Assembly: GCA_973895155.1 (NCBI GenBank)
Contig: OZ316893.1
Location: 3,950,490-4,014,489 of the forward strand
DNA from: Marsupella aquatica
Taxonomy: Eukaryota; Plantae; Marchantiophyta
Direction: 5' to 3'
Length of the DNA stretch: 64,000 nt
Of the stretch, positions 52,398-64,000 are shown in pieces. A program made the position numbers and the translations under genes. Under the pieces are notes generated by a model. That model did no database searches, was not told the DNA's origin, and saw nothing but the letters and a program-made list of their open reading frames with translations. Numbering within the stretch: position 1 is the first letter of the stretch; each line of letters begins with the position of its first letter.

Positions 52398-53262
52398 TGT
52401 TGGAAAAATCATCACAAAACAATCATGAGAACAATAAACAAACACGCACACACCAAGAGATACTTGGTTCACCTCGTAAAGGCTACGTTCACGGGAATAC
52501 ACAAGAGCTTTACTAAGTTTTGGCCACCATGGCCACACAAAGCTTTCTTACACAAGCTCTCCTCATAGAACCTAGTTAGCTCCCTCAACAATGAGCATGA
52601 GTCTCCAAAAAGTGCTCTCCTTAGCCTCTCTATAATTATGCTAGATGCAAGAGTTGCGGCCAATCACTATTAACATCCTAATGGCGGTTTAACCTAAGTA
52701 ACATGTGATTAACCCAAGACTTGAGTTAACCTTAACAACCTCCCCTTGACTTGATCTGGTCGAGGGGTATGTAACATCTGCTAACCATATGAATACTCAA
52801 CAGAAATTTCTAGAAATAAACCTAAACCAAGTCCTCCTTATATAGCAAGGTTAACTATTAATAATTAAGTCGTAGCCATACAAGATAGAGTAATCAAAGA
52901 CAAAGTTACAATAATGCTAGGGCACTCTACTTGTGCTCCAAATTAAAGACAAAACCTTTAATATTGCACGATGTCTTGCGAAACTCTCCAATGGAAGTAC
53001 TTTGGTAAATGCATTAGCTGGATTGAGTTTACTGTCAATCTTGACTAGCTCAATTAACTTATTAGACGTCGTTTGCCTAATAAAATGATAAGTGATGTTG
53101 ATGTGTTTTACTCTACAATTCATCATTTGATTCACAACTAGATGTAAGGCACTCTGGCTATCACACTTGAGATGTACCACCTCATGTGTCAATCCCATCT
53201 CAAGTGACCAACCCATCCAACCAAATTAATTCCTTTGCAGCTTCTGTCGCCATCACCTACTC
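52398..53262 (-). mobile_element. Ty1/copia 3' remnant: RNase H end, PPT and 3' LTR
   Basis: ATEAAKELIWL...CDSQSALHL...RVKHINITYHFIR...NPANAFTKVL. PPT AAGGGGAGG (revcomp of ~52739-52747). LTR TGTT...AACA at 52737-52398. Confidence 0.88.
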
Positions 53263-53370
53263 ACGGGCCTACTCAGGAGTTTATCTTAGTTAGGGAGCCT
53301 AAAAAAACCTACTCGAAGGGTTATTCTCAATGTGAAATGTCCTTCTAAAGGTAGCTTCTAAAGGTATCTA

Positions 53371-54054
53371 CAGTGTTCACCGTAATTAGTGTTATGCCAA
53401 AATTAATGTTATGTCCAAATTAGTGTTAGTTACACTAATTTATGTGAACTTGATCCGGAAGCAAAAGTAACACTAATTGGTGTTGGTTTTCAAATTATAT
53501 TTTTTGAGATTTTGTTTAAATGTTTTGTTCAACATATTACTATAGAGCATCTGGAGGTGAAAGCTCTGTAGTCGTGGAGGGCTAGAGTATCTACTAGGAA
53601 GGGCTCCACAACATTTACTCCCATGTGCAATCATTTTTGGAGGTTTTATTTCACGTCCAACAGTAGAGCATTTTGAGGTGCGGAGAGCTCTATAGTCGTG
53701 GAGGCTAAAACATCTATTAGGGATCTTTTTCTATCAGCTCACATTGAACTACAGCTCACATTGTGCTCATCAATCAATGTTAGCCTGAATGAGAGGGACA
53801 ACTGAATACCCTAACAAAGAGCTTGTGACGAGAGGCCTGGTTGCCAAGAACACTTGAAGTTCTGTCATTCTGGAGCCACGCAATTTACAAGTCGAAAAGT
53901 CACATGAATGTGTTACGTATGTAACACTATTTGGTATGCGCGAAATTAGTTTTTGCTCAGAATTAGTGTGACTAACACATTCGCAAATAGACCTTGAAAA
54001 TGGGCGCTCTCGAATTAGGGAAAGTGTTACTCACACTAATTACGGTAAATAGTG
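53371..54054. mobile_element. Non-autonomous pogo/Tc1-mariner MITE
   Basis: 22-bp TIR CAGTGTTCACCGTAATTAGTGT vs revcomp CACTATTTACCGTAATTAGTGT (19/22), TA on both flanks, repeated aattagtg subterminal motifs. An empty-site-like paralog lies at ~54178-54210. Confidence 0.8.
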
Positions 54055-54875
54055 TAGTTACATTTTCTGTGCAGTATGAATTGACTGATGACTTAGGCAG
54101 CCCATGGGGTATATACATGAACTGACTAATGACTTCAGGCAGTCCATGTGGGTGGCCGACTAAATCCCTCTCTCAGTGTCCTTCTAAAGGCAACTAGTCA
54201 CTTTTTCTTTCCACTCAGTGTGAACTGGCTAATGACTTTAGACAGTAGGCTAATGACTTTAGACAGTCAATGGGGATGGCAGGACAAAAACCCTCGTCCG
54301 TCCAGGACTTATTTTAATTTTTATAATTTTGGATTTCACTTGGTTCCTATTTGTGAATTTCATTTTGATAAATGCAACGCTTGCTTTGTGTCATGATTCG
54401 GTTCACAAATAACTTGCAGACTGCATGGAGATCCTCTGAATTTTGGCTTTCAACAAACAAACAAAAAGGTTGATCAGAAGATCTAAAATTATGCATGCAT
54501 CTCTCAATGACAAACTTTCAGAACCAAGGCGTGGTAAGATGAGATACGCATTGCTGCCGTAGATAACAAAATTGAGAGGAATTCTCTACCCAAATTAACC
54601 TCAGTCTCTTCTCTACAAGCCCAAACAAATACAGGGAATAGGTTAAACCAGTACACTGTTTTACCTTAGTTAGCTTAACTGACACTATTTATGTGACTCA
54701 CAAAAGTTTCAATCCCACTAGAAATAGTCTTACTAACACAATAGCTTTTAATATTTCACAGAATCAGAAACCATATCGTGCCAAAGTTTACATAACTTTG
54801 GCGTGCTGTGAAGCTCTATGTTATATTAGCTAGGGCAGCCACCTCCTTACCCACATGCATCAAAATTATTAGAAA

Positions 54876-54903
54876 CTAGCACTATGCCCGTGGGTTGCAC
54901 CAA
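54876..54903 (-). mobile_element. Probable Helitron 3' terminus
   Basis: Minus strand reads ...GGTGCAACCCACGGGCATAGTGCTAG|T, resembling the plant Helitron hairpin + CTAG end followed by T. The stem is degenerate. Confidence 0.5.
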
Positions 54904-55342
54904 AGATGTTGAACTGAGAAATATGTCCATGAGAGAGAAAAATGTAAGATTATAAAGATGTTGACGAGTCTAGAAAACATGTAGGATGAGAGAGAAAAAT
55001 GTAAGATTAAAAAGATGTTGATGAGTCTAGAAAACATGTAGGGCAGCCACGTCCTCACCCACAGGCACAGAAATTATGAAGTCAGAGCAAATGGTCTACA
55101 TCTCCTAAGCTCTCCTTCATACCCAAAATAAGATACCCTACCTTGGCTAACTTACTCTTGGATACCAATAGTAGATCCATGGTGACGTCACACTATTTGT
55201 CTCCACTTCCTCCATGCAAACAAAAGCCACGTCTGTATTTTCTACTTTCTTATGCTGTACTACATATGTGGCCAAACATTACCACAATTGTTCCTGAATG
55301 CCCACTGCTATTATGGTGTATTCGAGCACAATGTTGAGTCAA

Positions 55343-55900
55343 TCAGAAACCATAGAAGAAATAAGCAGTGAAGTTGAGATTTGCATTGGCGACGTCAGTC
55401 AAGGAGTAAGTGGTGATGTCTGCCCACCCTCGAGCCAATCGAAAGTCAACAGTGCCCCCAACAATGGCTATTTCCCTCACAGGAGCCGCAATCCTGTCGA
55501 ACCCCTTGAACGTCAGTGTGCTGCCGGGAGTGAAGCCGCTCGCTTCGTTGAACTCCGCTGTAAACGAAAACTCGAGGCCCGCTATCATGGTGCTGTTCTG
55601 ATCAAAGATGTAGAAGCCTCGGCCTCTGCCGATCTCCAGGGACGATTCCTCCGGACCTACGGTCATGGAATCGTCGAACACGGACAAAGCTCCGAAAAAG
55701 CTCTGGTTGACGAGCGGGAGTGAAAATCCTGCCAACGGTGGCAAAATAATGAAAGCGCTCGGGTTCATGGCGGCGAGAAGACGATCGTGCAAGAAGAAGT
55801 TGAGGACCTTGCTTTGTTCCGCTACCGCAGCTGGGCTGCTCATGATTCCCAAAGCACAGGCTACAAGAGCTACTAGGGCCGCCATTGTCGATGTCCTCAT
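55343..55900 (-). CDS. Dirigent-family protein (185 aa, intronless, signal peptide)
   Basis: Hydrophobic N-terminus and dirigent motifs LNFFLHD, FGALSVFDDSMTVGPE, IGRGRGFY, GSTLTFKG, REIAIVGGTVDFRLARGWA. Confidence 0.92.
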   Translation of the reverse strand: MRTSTMAALVALVACALGIMSSPAAVAEQSKVLNFFLHDRLLAAMNPSAFIILPPLAGFSLPLVNQSFFGALSVFDDSMTVGPEESSLEIGRGRGFYIFDQNSTMIAGLEFSFTAEFNEASGFTPGSTLTFKGFDRIAAPVREIAIVGGTVDFRLARGWADITTYSLTDVANANLNFTAYFFYGF

Positions 55901-56544
55901 ATTGATAGAGCTCCGAGTCCTTCCGCTGTTTAGTACACTATCAAAGTTGAACCAAAAGAGGACGCTCCTCAAAATGAATGACGAGAAATATCATACATTT
56001 CGAATGGCATCTGCAGAGAGAGGTTCATGTCAAGACTTTGGCGGAGTGCACGTGGAAAGACCACAAATAGGGATCTCTGATCTGCAAATTAGGGACACCT
56101 CTTTCTCAAATAAGGATCATCATTAACATTTCAGACATCAGCTAGAGCCATACCTGGCCTCCTGGTCACGGGCGCGGTCTCTCGTTGTAACTGTAAACTA
56201 TGAATCGCCGAATTCGAGAGGACTCATCAACAAATATTTCTCTCTGCGGTTACGACGCCAACAACGGTCTTCCTATAATCGCCACCGCCATGTCGTTCGC
56301 TTGATATCTCTTGGACAAGTTCGCCTCTTCGAATACTCTTTATCTTTCCACAAATTGCTTGACGAGTAGAGCGCGAGTTGTCAGGTCCGCGGCAACTCCG
56401 TGAATGTAGTCAATAATACTAATGTACGGTAACTCGTACACAGATCGATCTGTCCGCCACGGATGTAGTTAATGACATTAATGTACTGTCGCTCGTCCAC
56501 AGTTTGATCTGTCGGCAAAGCAAAATTTATTGTGTCTGGAGTCT

Positions 56545-58140
56545 GTGAAGGAGGCGGAGGCCTGCTCCACGATTTTGAGGCTGAGATGGTTCGTTGGATG
56601 GACTTCATCCTGCAGTCCAGGTGGACTGGTGAAGGAGACAAATGCTCCAAGCTTTTCGTCAGAAGCTTCAAAGGACTGGCCATGAAGGACTGGTAGGTTA
56701 GGGAGACAAATGCTCCAAGCTTTTCGTCAGAAGCTTCAAAGGACTGGCCATGAAGGACTGGTAGGTTAGGGAGACAAATGCTCCAAGCTTTTCGTCAGAA
56801 GCTTCAAAGGACTGGCCATGGATAAGGAGATCACTGAATTACTTATCCCAGAGGAACGAATCGTCAGTGGGTGGGAGGATTTGGCCACCAGGGCTACCAA
56901 AGTCTTCCAAGGCATTCTCGGTCAATCAGCTGGTTTCCACTGGGAACAGTGTCAAAAGTTGGATTTGACCACCACGGCTACCAAAGCCTTCCAAGGCATT
57001 CTCGGTCAATCAGGTGGTTTCCTCTGGGAACAGGTGTCAAAAGTTTTCGAGCTGCAAACCAAGCGCATCACAATGGAGGACAGAGATCTGCTGAATGCAT
57101 CCCTCACGGTGGACTTGGGAAAGCAGCAGTGCTAGACAACAATAAGTGCCCCGGCCCCGATGGAGTCCCTGTTGAATTCTTCGTGGCACATTGGCACACG
57201 GTGGGTCCTTCTCGTCATAGAGCTCTGCTGCAAGGAATGGCCGATGGGACATTCTCTCCAGAAAGCACCCGGGGCCTAATTGTCCTACTACCAAAGAAGG
57301 ACTACCAAAGGTCCTTAACCAAGAAGCACCCCATCACCCTCTTAAATGTGGCTCATTCCGGTCTTGCAGCAGTTCATCTCGCTCCAACAATTCGCCTTTC
57401 TCCCGGGAAGAAATATCCTCATTCAAATTCAATTGGTTTTTCTGAGGCAAAAACAAAAACAAAAAACCTCATTCTGTTGTGCTCCTCAATGAGAGGCCTC
57501 CAGGTTGGAATATATTCTGCTGAAACTGGATGTCATCAAGGCCTTTGACAAGCTTGATTGGCATTTTCTGATGACTCTTATGGAAAAGGCCGGGTTCAAT
57601 GTGCTGATCATGCAGTTTTTTATGGCAACGCACGCATCTGCATCTTTGGCTGTGCTGATCAATAGAAGAATGGTTTCACCATTCAGTCTAGCTCATCGGT
57701 GAGGGAGGGATACCCTCTGTCTCCTCATTGCGATTGATTCCCTTAGCATAATTCTTACCAGGGAGGTCAGTCGGGGTTCGATTCAAGATGTGCACATTCA
57801 ACACTTGGCGGTACACAACATACACAATTTGTTTGCAGTCAGAGGATATTGCTTTGCTCATTCGTGCTATGATTCACTTGTCGATAGATGTAAGCTGGTT
57901 TTGACCTAATTGGCATGGTTTCCGGCCTCTTTGGTGCCTGGGAGAAAAACCAAGGCTGCATTTAATTTCACGCACAGGATTCGAATTGAGTTTAGACATC
58001 TACCCTGGAAGTGGGAGGATGAGCACAATGCCACTAAGCTTCTTGGGATCCCTCTTGCTCGGCACATTTCGGAACATCAAATGGTCCAAACCTTATCCGA
58101 TAAACTTGAGTCAAGACTTGACAGGGTCCGTAAGACCTCG
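56545..58140 (+). mobile_element. Degenerate L1-clade LINE ORF2 fragment (reverse transcriptase)
   Basis: RWTGEGDKCSKLF, NKCPGPDGVPVEFF, GLIVLLPKK...PITLLNV, LKLDVIKAFDKLDW...LMEKAGF. Multiple frameshifts, plus an internal 67-bp triplication at ~56622-56820 and a 75-bp duplication. Confidence 0.88.
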
Positions 58141-58148
58141 GATATTTG

Positions 58149-59825
58149 GAGAGCTACTTAGATCGGTTGAATCCTCACTGAGACTCTCTAATATTTATCG
58201 GAATCAATTCAAGAGAGCGAAAAAAAACCTGGACTTTAGCGTCCTTGTCAGAGGATGATAGCTGCTCTTAAGATATTGTTCTTTAGAGATTGAAAGCGCT
58301 GTCTATCCTCTGAACTCCTCGGATCCTTTTTTAGACTGACTCACCTCGGATTCTTTTCAAGATCTGGAAATGGATTGATATATATCCAGATCAAAATTTC
58401 CACCGGGGAAACAGTTTAAACATCCAGGGGATGATACAAGGACCCTTGGTTAAAGCCAGTAACGAAAAGGAAAACGGAAGCAGCCTCAACACAATCAATA
58501 ATATATTCAGGTGCTGACCTCGCTGATAGAATATTGGCCAATAGACCTGGTATCGAGAATTGCAAAGAGAATAGAAGATCGGAGAAGGGCAAGGTAAGAA
58601 AATGAAGCTCAAGAAGCTATCCAGACGTCAGAGTTAACTAGAGCAGTGGAACAACAAGACGAAAACTGCGACAACTTGGAGCCTGAAGAATTAGATTTTG
58701 CGGCTGAGCTGGAATCAAAGATAGATGCTGATTTAGAGAATGAAGAGTATAATCAAGACGACTAGGATTTCCCAAAACAGCTAGAATTCGACCTTGAAAT
58801 TGAATAGAAAACTCACTCACTAAAGAAATGCCCGAAGAAATGTAGAGTGAGAAGTGGAAGATCAGAAGAATCAAACGAGAGATACTGCACTAAACAGGTG
58901 CATTGAGTCGCAAGTATATACTTTGGCTACATATCTAACTTTCAATTTGGTACAGTTTAGATTTATGCAATTCTCTTAAGAAGCCAGATCAAACCATAAT
59001 TTTTCTGATCGAAGAATAAGGTGCATCAAAAGATAGTTGAAGATTATGTATGCACACAACAGGCTGTAGTTCGAAATTAATTCATTTCACATTGCCGACA
59101 AACAAATCAGATCCGAATTTAGATTCGCAACTAATCGACTCTTCTAGATGTTCAGATGCATCCGTGTTCAGACGCACGTGCAGACATCTATGCATCCCTG
59201 CTCTGTACAGAGCCAGCTTACCAACCACTGCAACAACTACAAACAACAGGCAAGAACAACGTCCAATCAAGACTGGGGCTCAGATTGGCTACGATAAATT
59301 GCTGAAAGGAGTCTTCCCCTTGAAGACAAACACGAAAAATTGAAAATTGTTTATAGCAGTATTGCTATTTTTTAATCTCCCATCTAATTGCTATCTATTC
59401 ATAATTATGGATCTAACGGTGATAAAGTGGTTCTCAACCCCAAACTCCTCAATTTCAGGAATGCCAACTTAGCGCGCAGAGTCACGCTGTCCAATGCACG
59501 GTCACGACCTTTCGCTTATATAAGTTTGTGGAAAGGTTGCGATGAGATAGTCAAGGGATCCCAATGCAAATGGACCCAACAGCTCTGGGAACTAAAGATA
59601 GAACTGACAAATCGTAAAGATCTATACAAGACCACCCAACTACGTCAAGTCAGAAAAACATTCAAACCAAAATCAATCTCGCGGGTGGAATCCTGGTATA
59701 GATTGCTTGCTATGTCGTCTTTGCAGATACATTCCATCAAGAATTGCCGACGACTCCAGCCGAGAACCAACATGGACCTTGGAGGGTTTCCTCGTGGCGA
59801 ATCACGGAGGACATCACATTCAAGC
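58149..59825 (+). repeat. Segmental duplicate of 50870-52222, including a frameshifted copy of the last exon of the double-homeodomain gene
   Basis: 58149-58843 matches 50870-51580 and 59576-59825 matches 51582-52222. The exon copy at 58362-58760 carries indels. Confidence 0.9.
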
Positions 59826-61082
59826 CAAATACCGTCAAGAAATTCCTGGTTGTAACTTTAATAACATGTCAGTGAAGCCAATGGCGTCAAGATTCATATC
59901 AGGACGACGGAGACCGTGATCGAAAGAATCTTCAACTGGAGGGCTTTGGTTCTTTGAGATGTAATTGTATATAGTCATTGGAAGAAATTTCGAGAAAGCA
60001 CCTAATAGGGAATCTCTGTTTGGCTCATACCTTTTAATTTGGCAAATGGAAAATTTTCTTATATTCCTCAGTTTCAAAAAGGGCTGGTAGGGGCTCTAGT
60101 TCATAGCAGAATCAACATTTGAGGTAAGATCTCCACTTGTTTCGTCTCCCTGGTTAGCAAGTTTTTTCGGATCTGCAGGTGTGATCGATCTTCAACAAAA
60201 TATTATAACCATTCTTAAAGGTCACATTTATTTCATAACGATACTTATCATTTTGAACAAAAGATTGTGACCAAGTTACGTCAACTAAGATTCCCTCTGG
60301 AATTTGAGAGTTAGTGGTCGCCTTTTGCGTGGAAGAAAAATCACGATGATTTCAGGTTTCGCTAGAAGTATAGGGACAAAGTTCTCTGTTTAGCAGCATC
60401 CAGTACGGCCAAACTTTGGTACCACCCTGACACAATATATATGACCAGAGTTCAATTTCAAGTCTCAGTGGCAGACAAACTGTTTATTCTGTCCTCTTCA
60501 GATTGAGCATGCCTAGCCGCAAATTCTATGAAATGGCTTCAGACTCTAAAACTAACACAACTATCAAGAGGCTTCGAAACGTGTCCCACTTCAAGCTCTT
60601 TCCCATTAGGACGGACAGAGGGATTGTGAGTTTGGCTCGGCATAACACGTAGCTGTGAATAAGAAACTTAAGGTTATGTAGATATTGTCCATCGTCTTCT
60701 TGTGGTTGATTGGCAACATTAGTTTCGTCGAGAGGAATCTGGAATCCAAGAAAATGATAGAGACAGCTATGAAGTTTTCAGAGACAAAAAGAGCACATAA
60801 TTGTACATTAGCTCTAATAGAACGGAAGAATTGCACCATTTAATAAGGCTTTTTGTCTAGGCCCCTAGCCCTCGTTTTAATTGTAACAAAATGAAGGAAA
60901 TAGATGAATTCTCGATAGCTCTAAGTCATGTTGCGCTTAATTTCATGACTAGTCCCCATATGTGGACTTCGTCATAAAACAAACATCTTGTTTCGTATGG
61001 GGAATGGATTATCTCACCTCGTTCCGACGCTTATGAGTATCCATAAACAGCAGAACAATAAAAAGCAGATCATTCCCTGTAG

Positions 61083-63080
61083 CTCGTGCTCGAGCTCGTG
61101 ACCAACATGGGAGATCCAAGATTCTGTGGAAAGACTGTTCTTCCCCCTCATTTTCAGCACTTATAACTCAGCCATCTCCAAATTGTACCCTTAGTGCGCC
61201 TCGACCAGTTGGGAAAGAAAAATCGTCAGTTTTCTCCAGGGTTAGAGAGACACACATGGATGCCAGAGGTGCCCAAGAAGGACAAGGACCAAATGACGAT
61301 CTATCTTCTCAATTGCCGAAGGTTTGGTTTCCAAACATTTGGTAAGTGCCGAAGTAGACGCAATGCTATTATCGAATAATTTCCTTCTTGTGCAAACTAA
61401 GACTGATCCGTCGGAACCGGTCCCTGTGCATATTCCCTGCAAGCACGTCGTTTTCATTACAAACCGGCTTTTGGAGGATCATGTGCTACAAGACTACAGT
61501 ACATATTGATGATGAAGTTTGCGCACGTCTAGCAAGGAATATTTATCTAACATTTTCCCCAATTATAGAGCAGTGTCAGAAATAATTCTCTAAATTTTAT
61601 TTTACTGCTTCAAAGCGATATATCACCGAAGAGTTGACGGAAAAAGGTGCTTGGATAATTCTTGAAATATGTACAGAAAGGAATATGTCACTGGAACCAA
61701 AAACGGTTTTTGAGAACCAAATCTGGGCAATCTCGGAAGTCACTAAGGTATTGAAAGGTGATAGATTTGCAACCATGAGCCCCAGTCTTTGAACGATCAA
61801 ATTCACTGCCAGTGAATCCATAATTTGGCTCCACCGAGTTTTAGAATTTGAAGCTCGACGTTGACAATCTGTGAAAACCAGGATTGAATCAACAAGTGCC
61901 TTCATGACTGCTCTGTTATCCCAAGAACCCTCATCTATCATTGAATTTTCATTAAAACAAGTTAACTAAGTATATTTAATAAACGAATATAATCTCATTG
62001 GATTTTTCAATATCTGTAGTGGCAATCCCGGCGATGTTATCAACCATGAGGTAGGCTCAGACCAACTCAATAACAAAAGTCAAGAGATCCGAGACAGACG
62101 CCGAAAGCTACGAAATAAACCTCTCAAAGACGATGCCGCTACGAACACACTGAGGTAAATTTTAAATATGACTAGTGTTCATCTTGATTCTCTTAAAATC
62201 TTGTCTGTTTAGCCTGTTGTATTTCCCACGAGTTTCTTCTACATGTCCTTTGGCCGGAATCAAATCGCAGGTGGGAAAACGGCTTGAATTGGATGATCTT
62301 AAACTGTGGACCACTGCCTTCGATTTCAGAATTGTTAGTAGTGTGGAATTCTTTACAAAATAGTACACCTTAATCTCTCTCGCAGGAGTTGGCTGGCTCA
62401 GAACCAAGAATACCCATATGCCACTGATGACGAAACAGCTGAATTAGTGACGAAAACGGGCCTGACAAGCTATCAGGTTTTTTTATGGATAATCAGTCGT
62501 CAATTGTGATTAACAAAAATTGTACAATTGTCCATTGTAACTCTTTTGGAACTTACTAGAGTACCTGATCAAGAGCGGGAATTAATTGAGGGCTGAAATA
62601 AACAAAACGTTGCATGTAAAGTGGCTACCTGAATACTATTAGGGAACCTTAAGCATGAATATATAGTTAGTTCACCTAGTCAAATGGGTTGTACATAATG
62701 ATCTATTCAACATTTGAAGTCGGCTATCAGAATGTCCGCTCTGAGCTTGTACATATCATAGGCCGGGTACAACAGCTAAAATTTTCAATGCTTTTACACA
62801 GGTCAAGAAAGGCTTGCAGAGACTGCGGGAGGACGAATTCAAGGGATCAGTAAAATATGTTCAAGGGACCTATAAATGGACGAGGGATGAGATACTCCGG
62901 ATGATTAGAAATACGGAACGACATTCAGTGGCGCCAATGAGTAGGTCTGTAGACGTAGTACTCAGTTCCTTTCTGTGTATCAAATCTAATTTTCGAATTG
63001 CTTTTCCTCGAAGCTCCTGTTCGCAGAACATGTTTAAAGTCAGAGCACTTTCAGACCTTTTGCTAGACTATACGTCGTAG
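61083..63080 (+). CDS. Second divergent TALE-like homeodomain gene (partial model; start and end uncertain)
   Basis: Phase-consistent exons 61083-61341, 62020-62154, 62386-62476 and 62802-(63080) give RRRKLRNKPLKDDAATNTLR|SWLAQNQEYPYATDDETAELVTKTGLTSYQ|VKKGLQRLRE. The two homeodomain intron positions match the gene at 46.8-51.5 kb. Confidence 0.7.
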
Positions 63081-64000
63081 TTCGTCTCTTCAAATTTATT
63101 GCTTCACATATCTGTGAATGCTGTTCGGGACTTCGAGGTGAAATGTACGCAACGAACCAACTCTCGAAGGTAGTCTTTTATGATCATATATGGTGGATAC
63201 ATATGCATAATTTTTGCTCCCTCCAAATTACTTCTGTAAGTTGGTCATAGGGGAACCCTGCAAGATCAATACAGGACCGACTTCATCTGATCTATCCAAT
63301 ATGGCTATATGTATGAGTCAAGAAATCACATCATGAGTTACTTTATAGACATCCATCCAAAACCCGGCAAATTTCCGAAGTGTGTGGATAGAAATATACC
63401 TTTCCTCGATGGAATCTCGTCACAACCAGTCAAAAGTATCTTTAAAGAAAAATGCACTGAAAGAGAAGCATGAATCAAGTTGCCTAATGTCACATTTCCA
63501 TACCTCATTGAATGACTTTGGCCACTTCCTCAAAAACATGTCTTACCCGGGATCTTACCTTCAGACTGCATTTTGCTCAGTGTCCTGAGCGCAGGCATAT
63601 TTCTTGGGAGCTCGTCGACCAAGGAATCAGCAAAATCAATAAAGTAAGGATACAATTTACTCTCACATAAGAATTCGCAATCAGGAGATTCCTCTGATCG
63701 ATGCTCAGATTTTGGGGTGAGAAATGGAAGAACTTGCTGACGCTTCGCTTTGATATCTATTCCCCTGTTGAAAATCTCCGGAATTTCGCCGTCCTCTGGA
63801 CTTTCTAGACATAGCAGGTTGTTTGCAACAAGATCTAGGATGACCCACAGACAGCTACAATTGTTCATTTTAATTCATTTCGAAATATTAATATTCAAAG
63901 AAACCTTAAACGTCGATTTTTACCATTGAATAGATTGAAATCCAAATTCTGCCATTATGACATTAGCATAGACAATAATTGGTTTGAAATGCTCTTCAGT

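Noticed and set aside
55298-56126. Plus-strand ORFs of 141 and 153 aa
   Set aside because: They are antisense shadows of the dirigent CDS.
56622-56820. Regularly spaced repeats that could be read as a CRISPR array (also 26416-26530 and 23020-23290)
   Set aside because: These are head-to-tail tandem duplications without unique spacers, in a eukaryotic context with no cas genes.
46800-64000. Endogenous giant-virus or RNA-virus segment, suggested by AT-rich, short, densely packed ORFs on both strands
   Set aside because: No viral hallmark motif was found. The open stretches are bounded by GT-AG sites and splice into homeodomain genes, and several minus-strand ORFs lie in their introns or antisense to them.

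Overview
Eukaryotic land-plant DNA, probably from a bryophyte or other non-seed plant (inference), that is rich in repeats and has spliceosomal introns. No rRNA, tRNA or CRISPR features were found. (1) 7.9-18.6 kb is a nest of transposons: a pogo/Tc1-mariner DNA transposon carrying a copia solo LTR and a full-length but inactivated Ty3/gypsy chromovirus. The chromovirus LTRs end in non-canonical 5'-AGT...ACT-3' rather than TG...CA. (2) 24.4-31.5 kb is an intact 14-exon GT47 exostosin gene with EGF-like domains. (3) 39.6-41.2 kb is an ABCG/PDR transporter pseudogene fragment. (4) 46.8-51.5 kb and 61.1-63.1 kb hold two intron-split genes that the ORF track does not show, encoding highly divergent TALE-class (BELL/KNOX-like) homeodomains. 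The first has two homeodomains in tandem, and all three domains share intron positions but lack the WFxN recognition motif. (5) Between these two genes lie a partial duplication, a copia remnant, a MITE, a dirigent gene and an L1-type LINE fragment. The best candidates for something new are the divergent tandem-TALE gene pair and the AGT...ACT chromovirus family. All gene models were spliced and translated by hand; no database searches were run.
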